Assembly (NCBI GenBank): GCA_043228905.1
Contig: JBHGNT010000012.1
Span: forward strand, 372,001 to 436,000
Direction of reading: 5' to 3'
DNA length: 64,000 bases
DNA from: Azolla caroliniana
Lineage: Eukaryota > Plantae > Polypodiophyta
Position 1 is the stretch's first letter, and every line of letters starts with the position of its first letter. Made by a program: the position numbers and the translations under genes. The notes beneath the pieces were generated by a model. The model worked only from the letters and a program-made list of their open reading frames with translations, searched no databases and was not told where the DNA came from. Shown piece after piece: positions 47,028 to 59,700 of this stretch.

Positions 47028-50000
47028 TTTCTTGACGTATATCAATCGACACACATATCATAAGGTCAAATTCTAGTTTGATACTTCTGCACAACAGAAC
47101 AAAAAAATGGAAACTTAATGTTTACAAGGTGAGAATGAAATTTTGATAACAAATTAAGTTTGATCGAAGTATTATTATATCCTAAGATATGCAGATTAAT
47201 GTTTAGAAGGCAGAGTACACAGTTCTTTAAGAGAAATTAATTGCAACTGTGATCATATTCTAGCATATGGAACTGAATATTTCAAAGAAGAGAATGAAAT
47301 TTTGAAGATATTCATGTTGCATAGTTTTTTGCAGTCTAGCATTGTATATGCTCAGGGATTGAAACTATTTCATATCCAATGAATGAAACAATTGAAAGTA
47401 GTCATTGGATCAAATTTTGAGCATTCCAGCATACAATGCTTTACAGATGCAAAGGCTTTGAAAAAGGCAACAAGTCAGTTGATTTTATAGTCTTCCAGAA
47501 GCCTTTAGAAAGCTAAAAAACTGTTTGTTCAGCCAAACTTGATGTCTGGGAATCTATCTTTCATTTGCACATAAGCATGGAATGTAATGTTGAGGCCTCT
47601 CTGGAGGCCTTTCTCTCACCATTCATGTGATTTACATAATTGAGGCTGAACTCGTGAAGGGAACAGATATGGCTTGATTAAGGTTTCAATGTGATGGATA
47701 TTCGGGTGCAGAAGATGTATATGAAACAGTACAGTGTTAACATAAGTACAGGAACCAAAGAGCAAGAACTTGATTATAGTGTTAATCCAGTCAATGATGA
47801 GTAGATTTAAAGGAGTCATTGCACAATGTGATGAAAGAATTCAAGATTTTCAAGTGCAACCCTCTACGAGAAAATGATTGATTTGAGAGCATTGGATAGG
47901 AGCATTTGCCAGCATGACTCAAGGAAGAGTAAATGAAACATAGAGAAAACATGTCTGAATGAAATGAAAGCAAGATTGAAAATATTTCGTTAATAGAAAC
48001 AGAAATAAAATGTAAGAAGCATTTTTGTACGATTTTATCAAAGGAAAGAGGAAATGAAGGCTAGAAAAAACATGCATGGTAAGGAAAACACAGTGTGTGG
48101 GTGTCAGGAAGTGAAGAAAAACTATGGAAGTTCATCAAACGTTCCTTTACCAGAAACAGATTTATTCCTCCAAATTTGGCCGGGAACGCTGATCTTGAGA
48201 AATCACTTCAATAATGTTGCAGAGAGAAGAAATCATTGTGCAGCTTCAGACAAACAACCCTCGTACTTATTTCCACAATTTTTTTCAAACACAGTACAGA
48301 TCAGAGAAAGAAAGTGACAGATTCTTCTGAATATGCACAAGAGGGAGGAAAAACTTTGTAGTCTCAGAAAAGCTTCTTAAATCTGGACAGGTGCTTTTTA
48401 GTGATCATTCAAATAATAGAAATGCATCATATTCTGGTCTCGGAAAAAGCTTCTTAAAGCTTAACGAATTTCTTCAGCAACAGTATAAATCAGCGAAGGA
48501 AATTACTTTGCCATCTCAGAAAAAACCTATTAAATCTTGAGAATTTTCTTCCACAATTACAATACAAGATAAGAGGGAGGAAATCACTGTGTTGTCTCAG
48601 AAAAAAAAACTTTTGAATCTGAACTAATTTCTTGATCAATAGCACAACTCAGAGAAGAATATTATTTTGCAGTCTCAGAGAAAGCCTGTTCCATCTAACA
48701 AATTTTTCTTCAGGAATCATTTTGAAGCTCAGAGAAAGATAACAAACTGACTACATGTTGAAGAAAGCTGATTTCTATACATTAACTCTGATTTTCCTAT
48801 CATCTATAAGGTTCTTTTTTAAAGATGTTTCTCATGAAATTATGACGCTAGGGTTTGCTGCAGAGACTCCCAAACCCTAAAACCTAATTCCTTGATTTCC
48901 TTCACAGCCACAAGATTTCTCTGAAAAAGATGTTTCTCATGAAAGTATGAGGTTAGGGTTTGATAAACAGCCTTCAATCCTAACCTCTTAACCCTGATTT
49001 CTTAGCTATGATATTTGAGCCCTGAAATCTAAACCCTAAATCCTTTAACCGATGAAGGCAAAGAGAAACAGAGAGAGCAAAGCTTCGACTATTTACACGT
49101 GAAAAGCAAGAATCCAGCCTTCGCTTTTCTTCTTCTTCTTTTAGCAATAACTCAATTTTTTTTACCAAATTCTGTCCAAGTTTAAATGCTTCACCTTCCC
49201 CGTCCAGGACAGTAGGGAAAGGAAATGCTTGAAACTTGTTAGGTCGAGTGAAAACTGCAACCTTATGAGATCAAGAAAGCACTTCAATCTTCGCCTCTGT
49301 CGTGGCACTGTTGTTGCAATGGATTTGATATCAAACTAGAGTTATCTTCTTACATATATGGATGTCATTATGAAAACGGCTTTCACTGATATCATTTAAG
49401 AAGGTAAAGCAGCAAGAAACGGGAGAGAAATGGTCCTTGTTCTCACGCCAAGAGAACACTTCAATCTTTGTACATAATATGAAAATGTCTTTCACTGATA
49501 TCACGTTCAAAGAAAGAAACAAAGAAAAAGCTTTATCTGGTACCAGATATTCTCTTTCGCTCAAACGTCTATACTCCGAAGATGAAGCAGCAAGAAAAGG
49601 TCCTTATTCTTCATGTTTTCATCGTGTGTGTTCTAGTTTTCGAGAGATAGGAAGAGAGAACGGGGAGGGGAGAGAAACTTAACACATAATCCATGAGAAG
49701 GCATGGATTTAACCCCGCATTGATTTTCTGAGCTGCAACATCAAAAAAGAAGAAGGCCAAACAGATCGCTATCAGATCAATGCATCAGATATGGAATTGG
49801 GGGCAAAATAATGCAACATCAACATGTGATTCAGAAGAACATTACCCTTGAGATTCAGATGGAAGGTTAAAGTTCAGGATCAAGGTACGATTAAGATTTA
49901 AGACGTGATTGAGAGTATGGCCAAGGTTACAATTGCGATTAAGAACGAAATTAACATGAGAACTATGATTAAGATCCAATCAGAAGTGAGATTTGAGAGA

Positions 50001-50154
50001 AAGATTAGTGTTAGGATCCAGGTTAAGGTAAAAAATGTTGAGAATTAGGTTAAAGATGAGAAAATGGAAAACCTGTGCAGAATTGGGATGGATTTGGATT
50101 GGATTTGAAAAGAGCAACCCGGCGTGTGGAAAAACTTAGGCCTGTGTTGTGCTG

Positions 50155-50238
<84 letters not shown>

Positions 50239-50482
50239 GGCCTCCCCTGAGATTCTTCTGTTGCTGTTTGTTTTTCTGGAGAGGGGGAAGGGAGGGGGGG
50301 GGGTGTGCAGGTTTAATGGCGGATGTGGTGTTGTTACCAGCGCCACAAAAATTCACACAAACACAGGGTCCAGAGAAGAGGAAGAAGAAGAGGAAGAAAA
50401 CAAAAGAACAAAAAAAGACAAAAAGCAGAGGAACAGAAGAACGGCTGACAAAAAGCAAAAAAAAAGAAGAAGAAGAAGAAGG

Positions 50483-50500
<18 letters not shown>
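47028..50500 (-). promoter_or_regulatory. Probable intron-containing 5' UTR and CT/GA-rich start region of the DUF1336 gene
   Basis: Acceptor TGTGCAG| near 47085, donor-like AGG|GTAAT near 49845 and CAG|GTTTT near 50072; long (CT)n/(GAA)n tracts at 50160-50570 typical of plant 5' UTR/promoter. Inference only. Confidence 0.45.
48345..48740. repeat. Degenerate ~75-80-bp tandem repeat (5-6 copies)
   Basis: Recurring tctcagaaaaa..ct..ttaaatct..aatttctt core with anchors at ~48363, 48438, 48514, 48595, 48673 and 48728. Confidence 0.6.
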
Positions 50501-50513
<13 letters not shown>

Positions 50514-50688
50514 GTTAATTTTAAAAAAGGAAAAGAAAAAGAAAAGAAGAAAAACGGAGGAAGAAGAAGAAGAATGTATGTATGTATGTATTTACATATA
50601 TATGTATAATGTATGTATGTATGTACGTACGTACGTACGTACGTACGTATATATGTATGTATGTACGTATACATACATACATACATAC
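50160..50688. repeat. Microsatellite-rich region: (CT)n, (GAA)n, (GA)n, (TATG)n/(TACG)n/(TACA)n
   Basis: Directly visible; it generates the spurious ER/LS-repeat ORFs in the track. Confidence 0.92.
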
Positions 50689-53600
50689 TTCCGGCCCCTT
50701 TGAAAAGCCCTATGAAAGTCTACTGTATATTAATTCATGGGTTTTCCGACATGTTTGCCACAGTTAGCACAAAGGCATGCATGCATCAAATTTCAAAAAC
50801 AACTCGATGTGTCCTAGAAGCATGTATGTACATATATATGTTGGTGGATCATTACACTACATATGAGAAAGTAGCATGGCGAGTGAGAGAACCAAATGGC
50901 ATCTCCTTATTCGATTGCATTTACGCTCGGGTGAACCGATTCTTTTGTTAGAGTCCCTAAACCATTGGATTCATAATGTGGAAATACATTGATTAGGTGG
51001 AACTCGCAAGAATATACATTGAATTACAAGCAAGTATCAGCCATTGCTTGTTGTTTAATCACCATTCTCTTCGTGATCCATCATACAACATCAATTGCCG
51101 TAAGCGGAATGAAGTAACCATATCTCATAATATCCCTGAGCCTTGAGGAAAAAAGATGAAATCCATATTGGTGTGAATGAACGAGCTCCATCGGCTTACA
51201 ACCATGAAATGTGACCTTAATAATGGGTCGATAAAGTGCGAAAAATGTGTGAAGTCGTGTTAGAGTCCATGACTGATGTAACATTATCAAAGTAGGTAAG
51301 TAGATAACATCATGATTGAGTTTCCAAAGGTATGATGTCATTGATTCTGTTTGAAGAAGTCTCGGTATGGGTGAAGCCCCCCGAGGCCACAAGAGAGCAC
51401 ATCCACATCCATGTGTCTTCCCCTTGTAGCTTAGTAAGAACATACCTAAAGTTGGTATTGTAGTTGCTACCATTAATATTTTTCTTGTAGGATAAGTTCT
51501 GAATGTGGGCATTATTATTAATGCAAGAACAATGAAGTACTACTATGGAGAAAATTAAAAGTGTACGATAATGATACGATAATGATAACCAATAATTGCA
51601 TAAGTTGCACACCATTTTAACGTGGTTCAGGTACAGTAAAAGAGTGACATCAAAACTCCATTTCCAAGAAACAATCAATGTTATTGATCCATGCCAATCA
51701 AATAATACTCACGAACCAAAACCCTAGTTAAACCTCATGATCACTCCACCAAAAACTCCTTCAAAGCTAAGGTTCTGTGTGCTCCACTCCTCTCTGTTAC
51801 TCGCTCACAAGGGAGGCCTTCTATAGCAAGAAAGAAACTTTAATGCTTGGATGTTTTTTTTGTTGAGAAACGTGTGTGAGTTATGGCTACTTAAAAGCAA
51901 CATAAGTAAAACCTTTGTTACAATCATTTCATCACTAACATGACCATTCGATTAATACCACAAATGTATCGGATCTTCCTATCTGTTGGGCCCAAGGCCC
52001 AATACTTTCGCTATACTCAACAATTATTATGCTAACTCAATTTTTCATATACTCATACATCCCCACTCCACTATGTCATAGTGTATGTATGTTGTTTTGT
52101 TTTGTTATATGTTTTTGTATCTTTGAAGCATCTAGACAATGTTTCTTTTAAAATAAGAGTTCCATAGTGCTAAACAAATGTATATCACGTTGCTGAATAT
52201 GACTTACTTCTAACCAATTTCTTAGGTGTTGTAGTCAACCAAGTCAGCCATGAACACTCGAACTAAAGTGTTGACCTATTGTTGCTTCAAGAAGGAAGTA
52301 TTTTCATCAACTCGTTATCTTGAACCTTTGTTAGGCTATGTAAAGAGTTATCATTGACATTATACTATTGTAAATTGGAACAACTTCTCATGTCACTCAT
52401 ATTAGGTTGGTAACCTAACAAGAGAACAAGTTTAAACTACCATCACTTGTAAGGGACTTGTCATCATTGGATTCAATTCATTCATCTTTACCTTTGCACC
52501 ACATTATAGACAGAGTCTCAGATTTATATGGAACACAAGTGTTCTTTGTTTCTTTAAAATCTACATTTTTCTAGACCGGGTGCATGATATCAACATTGGA
52601 AATCAAGCAAAGGTGGAGATAATGTTAAGCAAAATATGAAGTTCTTTATAGCTCAAAGGTGTGTAACTTAGGGAGATATATAATGACAAGTCAAACAAAG
52701 GTGTGTACCTCATTGGTTATGAAGATCTAGTAATAGCGACAATTTTCATGTGATGAAGGATTAGTAAGAAAGACAAGGGACTACATGGAATTGGAAGAGA
52801 AAAAATGAATGTGTCAACAAGATATAACAGCATAGCACGATCCAGATGTAGCAATGTATTTATGAGTTAATACATAACTTCCAAAGCAAATTTGAGAAGA
52901 ATTAATAGTAAGTCACAATAAAAACACCCATTTATTTTTTATAAAAAAAGGTGACATGATCTTATAAAACATTGCAATTGTCTTGACTCTAAATATAAAG
53001 AAAAACACGACTATTTTTTTCATCCTAAAGAAAGGCTTTATAAAAAAATCCCAGGTAGTGTCTAAGATCTAATTGTAGTAAGACTTGTCAAGCTTTTGGA
53101 AGATACACCCAATGCAATTTGGTCTCAAGGGTTTGGTGAAACCAAGGTCTTGAATTTGATTCTCTCTCAAGGGTCAACCAAACAACTTCAAAAGCACCCC
53201 TCACCTTACAAGGAAATATAGAGAAGGATATTGTACCTATGATGATCAACTAAGAGGGTTTTCTTTCTAGTTCATTTAATGATTGGAAAGGCATCAAACT
53301 CCAAGGCAACATGCAAAAAAATCTTCAACTTATTGCATGGAGATTACTTCTTGTGTATAAAATGTCAAACTACATATTTTTGAAGGTGCAATCTTATCTT
53401 GAAATCAACTTACTTTTGCTCCATATAAAAGAATGTTATCCATGCTACGAAGCATCCATGATGAATGATAATATGAGACATAATATCTATTTTGACAAGA
53501 AATTAAATTTTCATAAAAATACAAATTGTCCATTAAAATAAGGTTGCATAGTCTTTTGAAGATTCATGATATTTGGTGCAACCATTTTCTACCCCTTGAA

Positions 53601-56600
53601 ACTTTATGTTTTAAGTTTATAGCATTGTATAGGTTTATATCATGACACCGGGGTTATTGAATGTGATACACAAACATTGTGAGATAAAAAGAAGGTTTTT
53701 GAAGGTTGTGGTGATGTTAGATGAACCGGGCCCATACTTGGTTTTTTATCTTTCTATCCGAAAGGTGTATGTGAGTACACGAGTTGTTGCAAGGAGTTTC
53801 CTATAATACCTTGATATGGCACCCCAAGGCGCAAGAATTATCAAAAATTTCTTTAGAGAGTTTGCACATAGGTTTTTATTTCTTTATGATCTATATTTTT
53901 GTTGAAATGCAATTCTTTTACAAGTGAGTGACATAAGGTGAACACTTCCACGAGGTAGTCCATATATACCATATATAAATATCTCAAGTAAGTATGTGAT
54001 ACATATTATTAATGCAATGCCTTTGGAGGAATGTATCATTACTAATTATTTCAATTTAAATAGTAAACATAGAGATGCAAATCAAATGAGTACAATCATA
54101 CTACATTTGTACGTAGGTATGTACATGTTGTACACGATCACTTGGTGTCCATGGAGCAAAATTAGAAATTTCCACTTTTAACTTGAAGTTAAATGGTAGG
54201 CCACAATGTATATAGCCTTGTGGCTATGGTGGTTCAAAGAGCCTAGTTTAATGTCATGTAGGTGGTCCCTTAGCCAAGAAGCTCTTCTTCCTCTTCAACA
54301 CAATTGGGAATTCCCACTTATTTACATTCTTCGTCTTGCTTCTCACTTATGGCATAATAAATTGCGGAACTTGGGGGAGCTTATGTGGGCCTCAAACAAT
54401 ATTATCAATGAGTCATTGCTTATTCGTAAATAATGCTTCTTTTTGGATTGATACAATTGAGTTTGGAAGGTAAGATTTCAAAGTATTTATGACTAATTTT
54501 GCATTTGGATTCTCTCTTGCCTTGGATATCATAAAAATTGTGCTACGTTGTGTTTATTGTCATTCTTTGGAGCTTCAAACCTCGGAATGTGACATTGGAG
54601 AGAGTTGGGAGAATTTGTAAAGCAATGAAAAGATTGGAGTAGAATGGAACAAGAATTTGACACACATGTATCTTTGACACACCTTACAATAATTGAATGC
54701 TACTACATTATATAGAAAAAAGAAGAATAGTACAAGAAAGCCATAACTTCAATGAAGACTAAAATAGTGAGTAGTACAAGCAATGATCAAAGTCTCCAAC
54801 AACATGAAGTCCAAAAAAGTTGAATATTATCTTTAGGTACTAAGAAGTAGTAAAAATATGGTATGTTGTCTTTAGTTATTAAGTGTCTTTTATAGCTATA
54901 TAGGTAACTCATTACCACAATTACCCTATAGTAGTTAAGGTACATGTACCTACGAACATTATGGGGAATAGGGTTTCATGTTGCACTACCAAATCAGCTT
55001 CCAACATTTATGAGAGAGCTAGCCAAGCATCTATTTGAAGACATCTGGTATGGACTACACTCCAAATTGATTTCACTTCCTCTTGTAATAAATAGCCAAT
55101 GCATTCAAATACAAGATTTGACATTGTTGCCTGCACTTTGATGGTCAACACGCATTGCAGGCAATGTATTCCCCAATAGTTACAGTTTTTTGCTTTACAC
55201 TTCTGGCCAACACGAAACAAAGAATGTATTTGACTGAATAAATGTATTTCATGTAGTGGTTTCTTAGCCTTTGCATCTAGCTTTTGATGCATCAAATCAA
55301 ACCCAATCTAGAAATGCTTATATTTTCACCATACTAAAATGTAAGGCATATCAAAATAACCAGAAATTGCACACACTACAAACCCATCTGAGGCAAGTTG
55401 ATTATATCATGTTGGCCGAGTCAACACACAAATGAAGAAATCTCTATCTTGCTTGAGAAAATGCACCAAGGACATTGGCCAAATTTCAAGACTGGCATAA
55501 AATCCAAGCAAGCTCATGATTATGTACATGAATATTCAGTTGTTGATCATGTTAACGGTTGATTTCCAAACATCACATTTGCCAAGATGTATCCTTACAC
55601 ATTTATCTTTGTGCCCTTGTTGTTAGATATAATCAATGATCAACCCCAAGTTGTAAATCTATCCCCATATGTGCTCTTAGAGTGCACATTTTGTGATAGT
55701 GCCCCAAATGAGGAGTAGCTATTGTGCAACTCAACCATATGGATCAATAAGGTGTCAATCTAGGAGTCCGTAGATCCATAAGACACAAATGTATTTAGGA
55801 AAGAGGGAAGTAAGCTAATACGATTGGCTAATCAAGTCAACTAGAAGAATATTTTGTGGTCTAGTTACAATATACTTAGTCCTAAAGTATGTGTGTCATT
55901 GACTTTAAGAAAACTACTTTCTAGCACTAGCTTGTATCTAAGGAGTTGGGCCATATTAAATGACAAGTCAATTGATAGAAGAGCAATATCTCCACTACTA
56001 TGAACTGACATGCACATTTAATGTTACACTCAAGCCAAACAAAGAATATAATCCACTCTCTTACACAATGGTGTCATGATCATCAATCTCCACTAATTTT
56101 GTAATGAGCTACTCTCATATATAATAGAAGTTTTGTTCTTATATATCTATCTCTGTGATTGTAACTCTATATACCTATCTAATCAATTCTCAATATTTCC
56201 ATTATTTATCAAATTCTTGATTTCATTGAGTCACTTGTAGCAAGAAATTAAAGAAATTTAAAGAAATGGAAGCTGCTCAAAAACTGCACAAAATGACTTT
56301 TATTGCAGAAAGTATATCTGAAATGTGTACATTGCTTCGAAAAAAGGGACCGTCAACACCATCAGAGAACATTAACTGGTAGACGGACAGACAGTCAACT
56401 CTTCTATTTTCCATTTTAATCTTCGCAAAACATACATTAATTTTAGAATTAAAGCAAAATCTAATATTTACACCCTTTTGGAGGGTTGTTTGATTTATTC
56501 AATTTCCAAGAGAGATGCCTTTTGTCCAATTAGATTCTTCTCTACATGTGGCTCTCTAATCAAGAGTGTTCTTTAAATCAATTATATATATATATATATA

Positions 56601-56739
56601 TATATATACAGGAAAGAGTCGGTCTATGCACAAATTCATCTCAAATGTTGAACGGAAAGCAATTGAGCCACGGGTTGAGATGTTTTCCTTTCGTTCTTTC
56701 CACTTTGCTCTAGACGCAGATATATACATATATATGATT

Positions 56740-59700
56740 TTAGGACAAATCAAATGATCCTTGTCCTTCATGTATTGCGTACAGCAAACGTTCTTTCATA
56801 ATTTCCTGTGATATGAAACAAAACCAATAAGAAAGTTATGGGAGACCATAAATGAAATAAACAGTAAATGACATCCTAGGGTAAGATAGCCAGTTATTAG
56901 AACCATTGACCCCTAAGCTACAAGTTCAAAATGAAAAGCTATTGCCTTGTCAAGAAAGAAGGAAAAGAGAACCTATGCAGTTTACCTTGTTAAGAGAAAC
57001 AAAAAAGATCTTTATGCAGTTCTACCTTGTAAGATAGAAAAAGATATCCTCTGTAGTTTTACCTTGTTAAAAAATATAGCCCAAGCTATATTACCTTCTT
57101 CAGAGAAAAATAATAATTCTATGAAGTTTTTACCTTGTTGAGGGGGGTGAGGGGAGGATATTGTATATAATTCTACCTCATTAAAAGAATAAAAAAATCA
57201 TCCGATGTACTTTTGCCTTTGTAAGAGAATAAAAGACATCCCAAGAAGTTTTTACCTTGTTAAGAGAAAAGAAACCTATGTAGTTATGTTTTTACCTTGG
57301 ATGAATATGGAGGAAGCTTCAAATAATTAGCACATGTCATGACACTGGGAAGGTCATGATCTGCCATGTCTGCATATCTGCGAGGTGATGTTCCCATTGA
57401 TGTTCCACTAGGATGCTAACAACACAGCCAATGAAAATACTGTAAGCATTGACATGTGCGACAAATAAAAAAGAAGAAAATGTAATACATCTTTATCAAC
57501 TAGAGAAAATCACCTTACAGACTATAGTTAGTTTTGGGTGTAATGCTGAGAGCCCCCCACATGGAAGCTGTGGTGCACCAGTTACAAACCGCAGGAATGC
57601 TCGTTGTTGCATCGGCGTGAACTCTCCCATTATCTCAAGAAGCTGTTTCATCAGAAAGGGGTTAGCTTAGTGTTATTTAAGGGAAAGGAAGCATGCATGG
57701 AGAACAAACAAAATTATGCCACCATTAAAAGGGAGGAAAGGTGGGGGCCAGGAGAAAAAACAACTTATAAAGCAGTACTGATCAAGGAAAAGCAACCTAT
57801 AGAACAGAAGAGGAGAGTGATGGAGAAAAACAAGATATCAAGCAGTATTGGTTAAGTTAAAGCAACGTATAAAGCAGTATTGAAGGGCGGAATCAATGGA
57901 GGGGTTAGGAACTTGCATTGCGAACAGGTAGACTGGATGCATTGTAACCATGATCAAACCTCACATGCTCCATGAGAGAGTCAGCCTGCAGTGCAGATGA
58001 AAATTAGGTTTCTTATTATTATGAGCCAATTAATAGAAAAACTAAAAAGAAACCTTTGACAAGAAAACTAACCAGCCACATCTCACGACGACCGCAAAGC
58101 ATATAAGAAAGCTGCTCCTCATTGAAAATTCGTAACATTGACATTGGAAAAACCTAAAAATCAACATTAAAAGAATCTGCTTCAGAATACAATATTTCTC
58201 CGAAGCAAGAGTAACAAGGAGAAATGTTTGAAGCTTTCTCACATGCTCAAATCCTTCCCGAAAAGCTCTCATTTGATGAGTGATCCCCACTTTCACTGAA
58301 TTATCTACAACAAGTGTGATGTATTCTTCAAGGTTCTCCATACTCACCTGCATTCATCATGCAATTACTTTTCAACTTAGAAAAAGGAAGTTGCTTCCAA
58401 GTGTCATAGCACAGCATTATGCATGCATTTACCATGATGTCCTCTCCTCCTGGCTTCAAAACATGTCCTGGGTATCCAGGAAGAGTGAAGTCCAGACAAA
58501 GATCTTCGATGTTTTGACCGCGGAAACATAAGGTCTGTTTACTTTTTCTTGTTGATGCCTTTAACAGTCGATGCCTCTCAACCAGATTCTGCATTTCCTC
58601 TAAAGTCTTTCCAAGCTCCAAATCAAAGGACTTAATATCGTAGAGACCTAACTCCTGCAAAATTGGAGCAGAACTTAAGAACTTTCTCACCATATCTATG
58701 ATCATGTACATGTAGATGTATATATATATATATATATGTATGTGCATGATATATACATATGTATGTATGATATCTCAGTATACCTCGTCGAGCATAAGTT
58801 TGTAAAAGGGTGTTGCAAGTGGCAAATCCAAGAGGCGCCCGTCTTGGAGAGCCTTTCCAATTACTTGACCTAGGAGACGGAAGGAACCAATTGTCTTGTC
58901 ATGATTTCCCAATCTACGTTGCAATGGGCGAGGAAACAACCCATACAGGATGTTTACAAGACCTTGATGTGAATCACCATCACTCAACAATTCCGTTTGT
59001 GTGTGTGGAGAAGTTCGCCACATACCCAAGGAATCCTTCTGCAGTTCATGGCTTAACAAAGTATAAAATTCAAGAGTTGGCCCAAGCCCAATACCAACCT
59101 CTCCAAAGTATTCCACTTCAAGGACTCCTTTATCAGCAGCAAAAACTTCCATAACTTTTGTGGCTGATTCAAAAATACGATCTCGGTAGATTCTTACCTT
59201 TCTCCGTTGTAATCTACCGATTCGTGGCAACCTGTCATTGGAAAGTGTCATATTATCTAAAATTTGTTGCTGTTGTAGGTGATGAACTGCTCGTGGCAAG
59301 CCTAATGCTGTCAAGTAGAAGTATTGACGTTTTGTCTCAAAGGGGAGCAAGAATGGACATGCTCGTGTTATGTCATGACACCAAGAAGGAATTTTACCGC
59401 TGCATAGAGCCATAGCATCCTGGAGTTGACGAGTCATTTTCGGAATCAACTTAGTGCTAAAGAATTCCTCGTGAGGAACAAGAGGTCTTGACACCCCTTT
59501 TTCCTTCATAAAGTCTGTTTCAACAATTGAACACTCTTGGTCATGAAGGTTTGGGATAAAACGATTCAGCCCATCAAGTATATAAAGCAAAAGAAGAACA
59601 TTGTATGTAGCCTCAGATTTGTCCATGTCACAAGGTAGCTTTTTTTCAACAACATTGTTGAGCAGAACATTTTTCCATGTGTTCTCTCTTGCAACAGGTA

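Noticed and set aside
50045-50951. ORFs of 98-213 aa
   Set aside because: Translations of (CT)n, (GAA)n and (TACG)n microsatellites, open in several frames on both strands.
50950-56200. Transposase relics (e.g. Cys-rich ORF 55008-55295, ORF 51081-51512)
   Set aside because: No DDE motif, TIRs or TSD recognisable by eye; probably old TE debris but not assignable.
56935-57300. CRISPR-like array (regular ~40-bp periodicity)
   Set aside because: Eukaryotic intron; whole units are homologous and degenerate rather than constant repeats with unique spacers; no cas genes.
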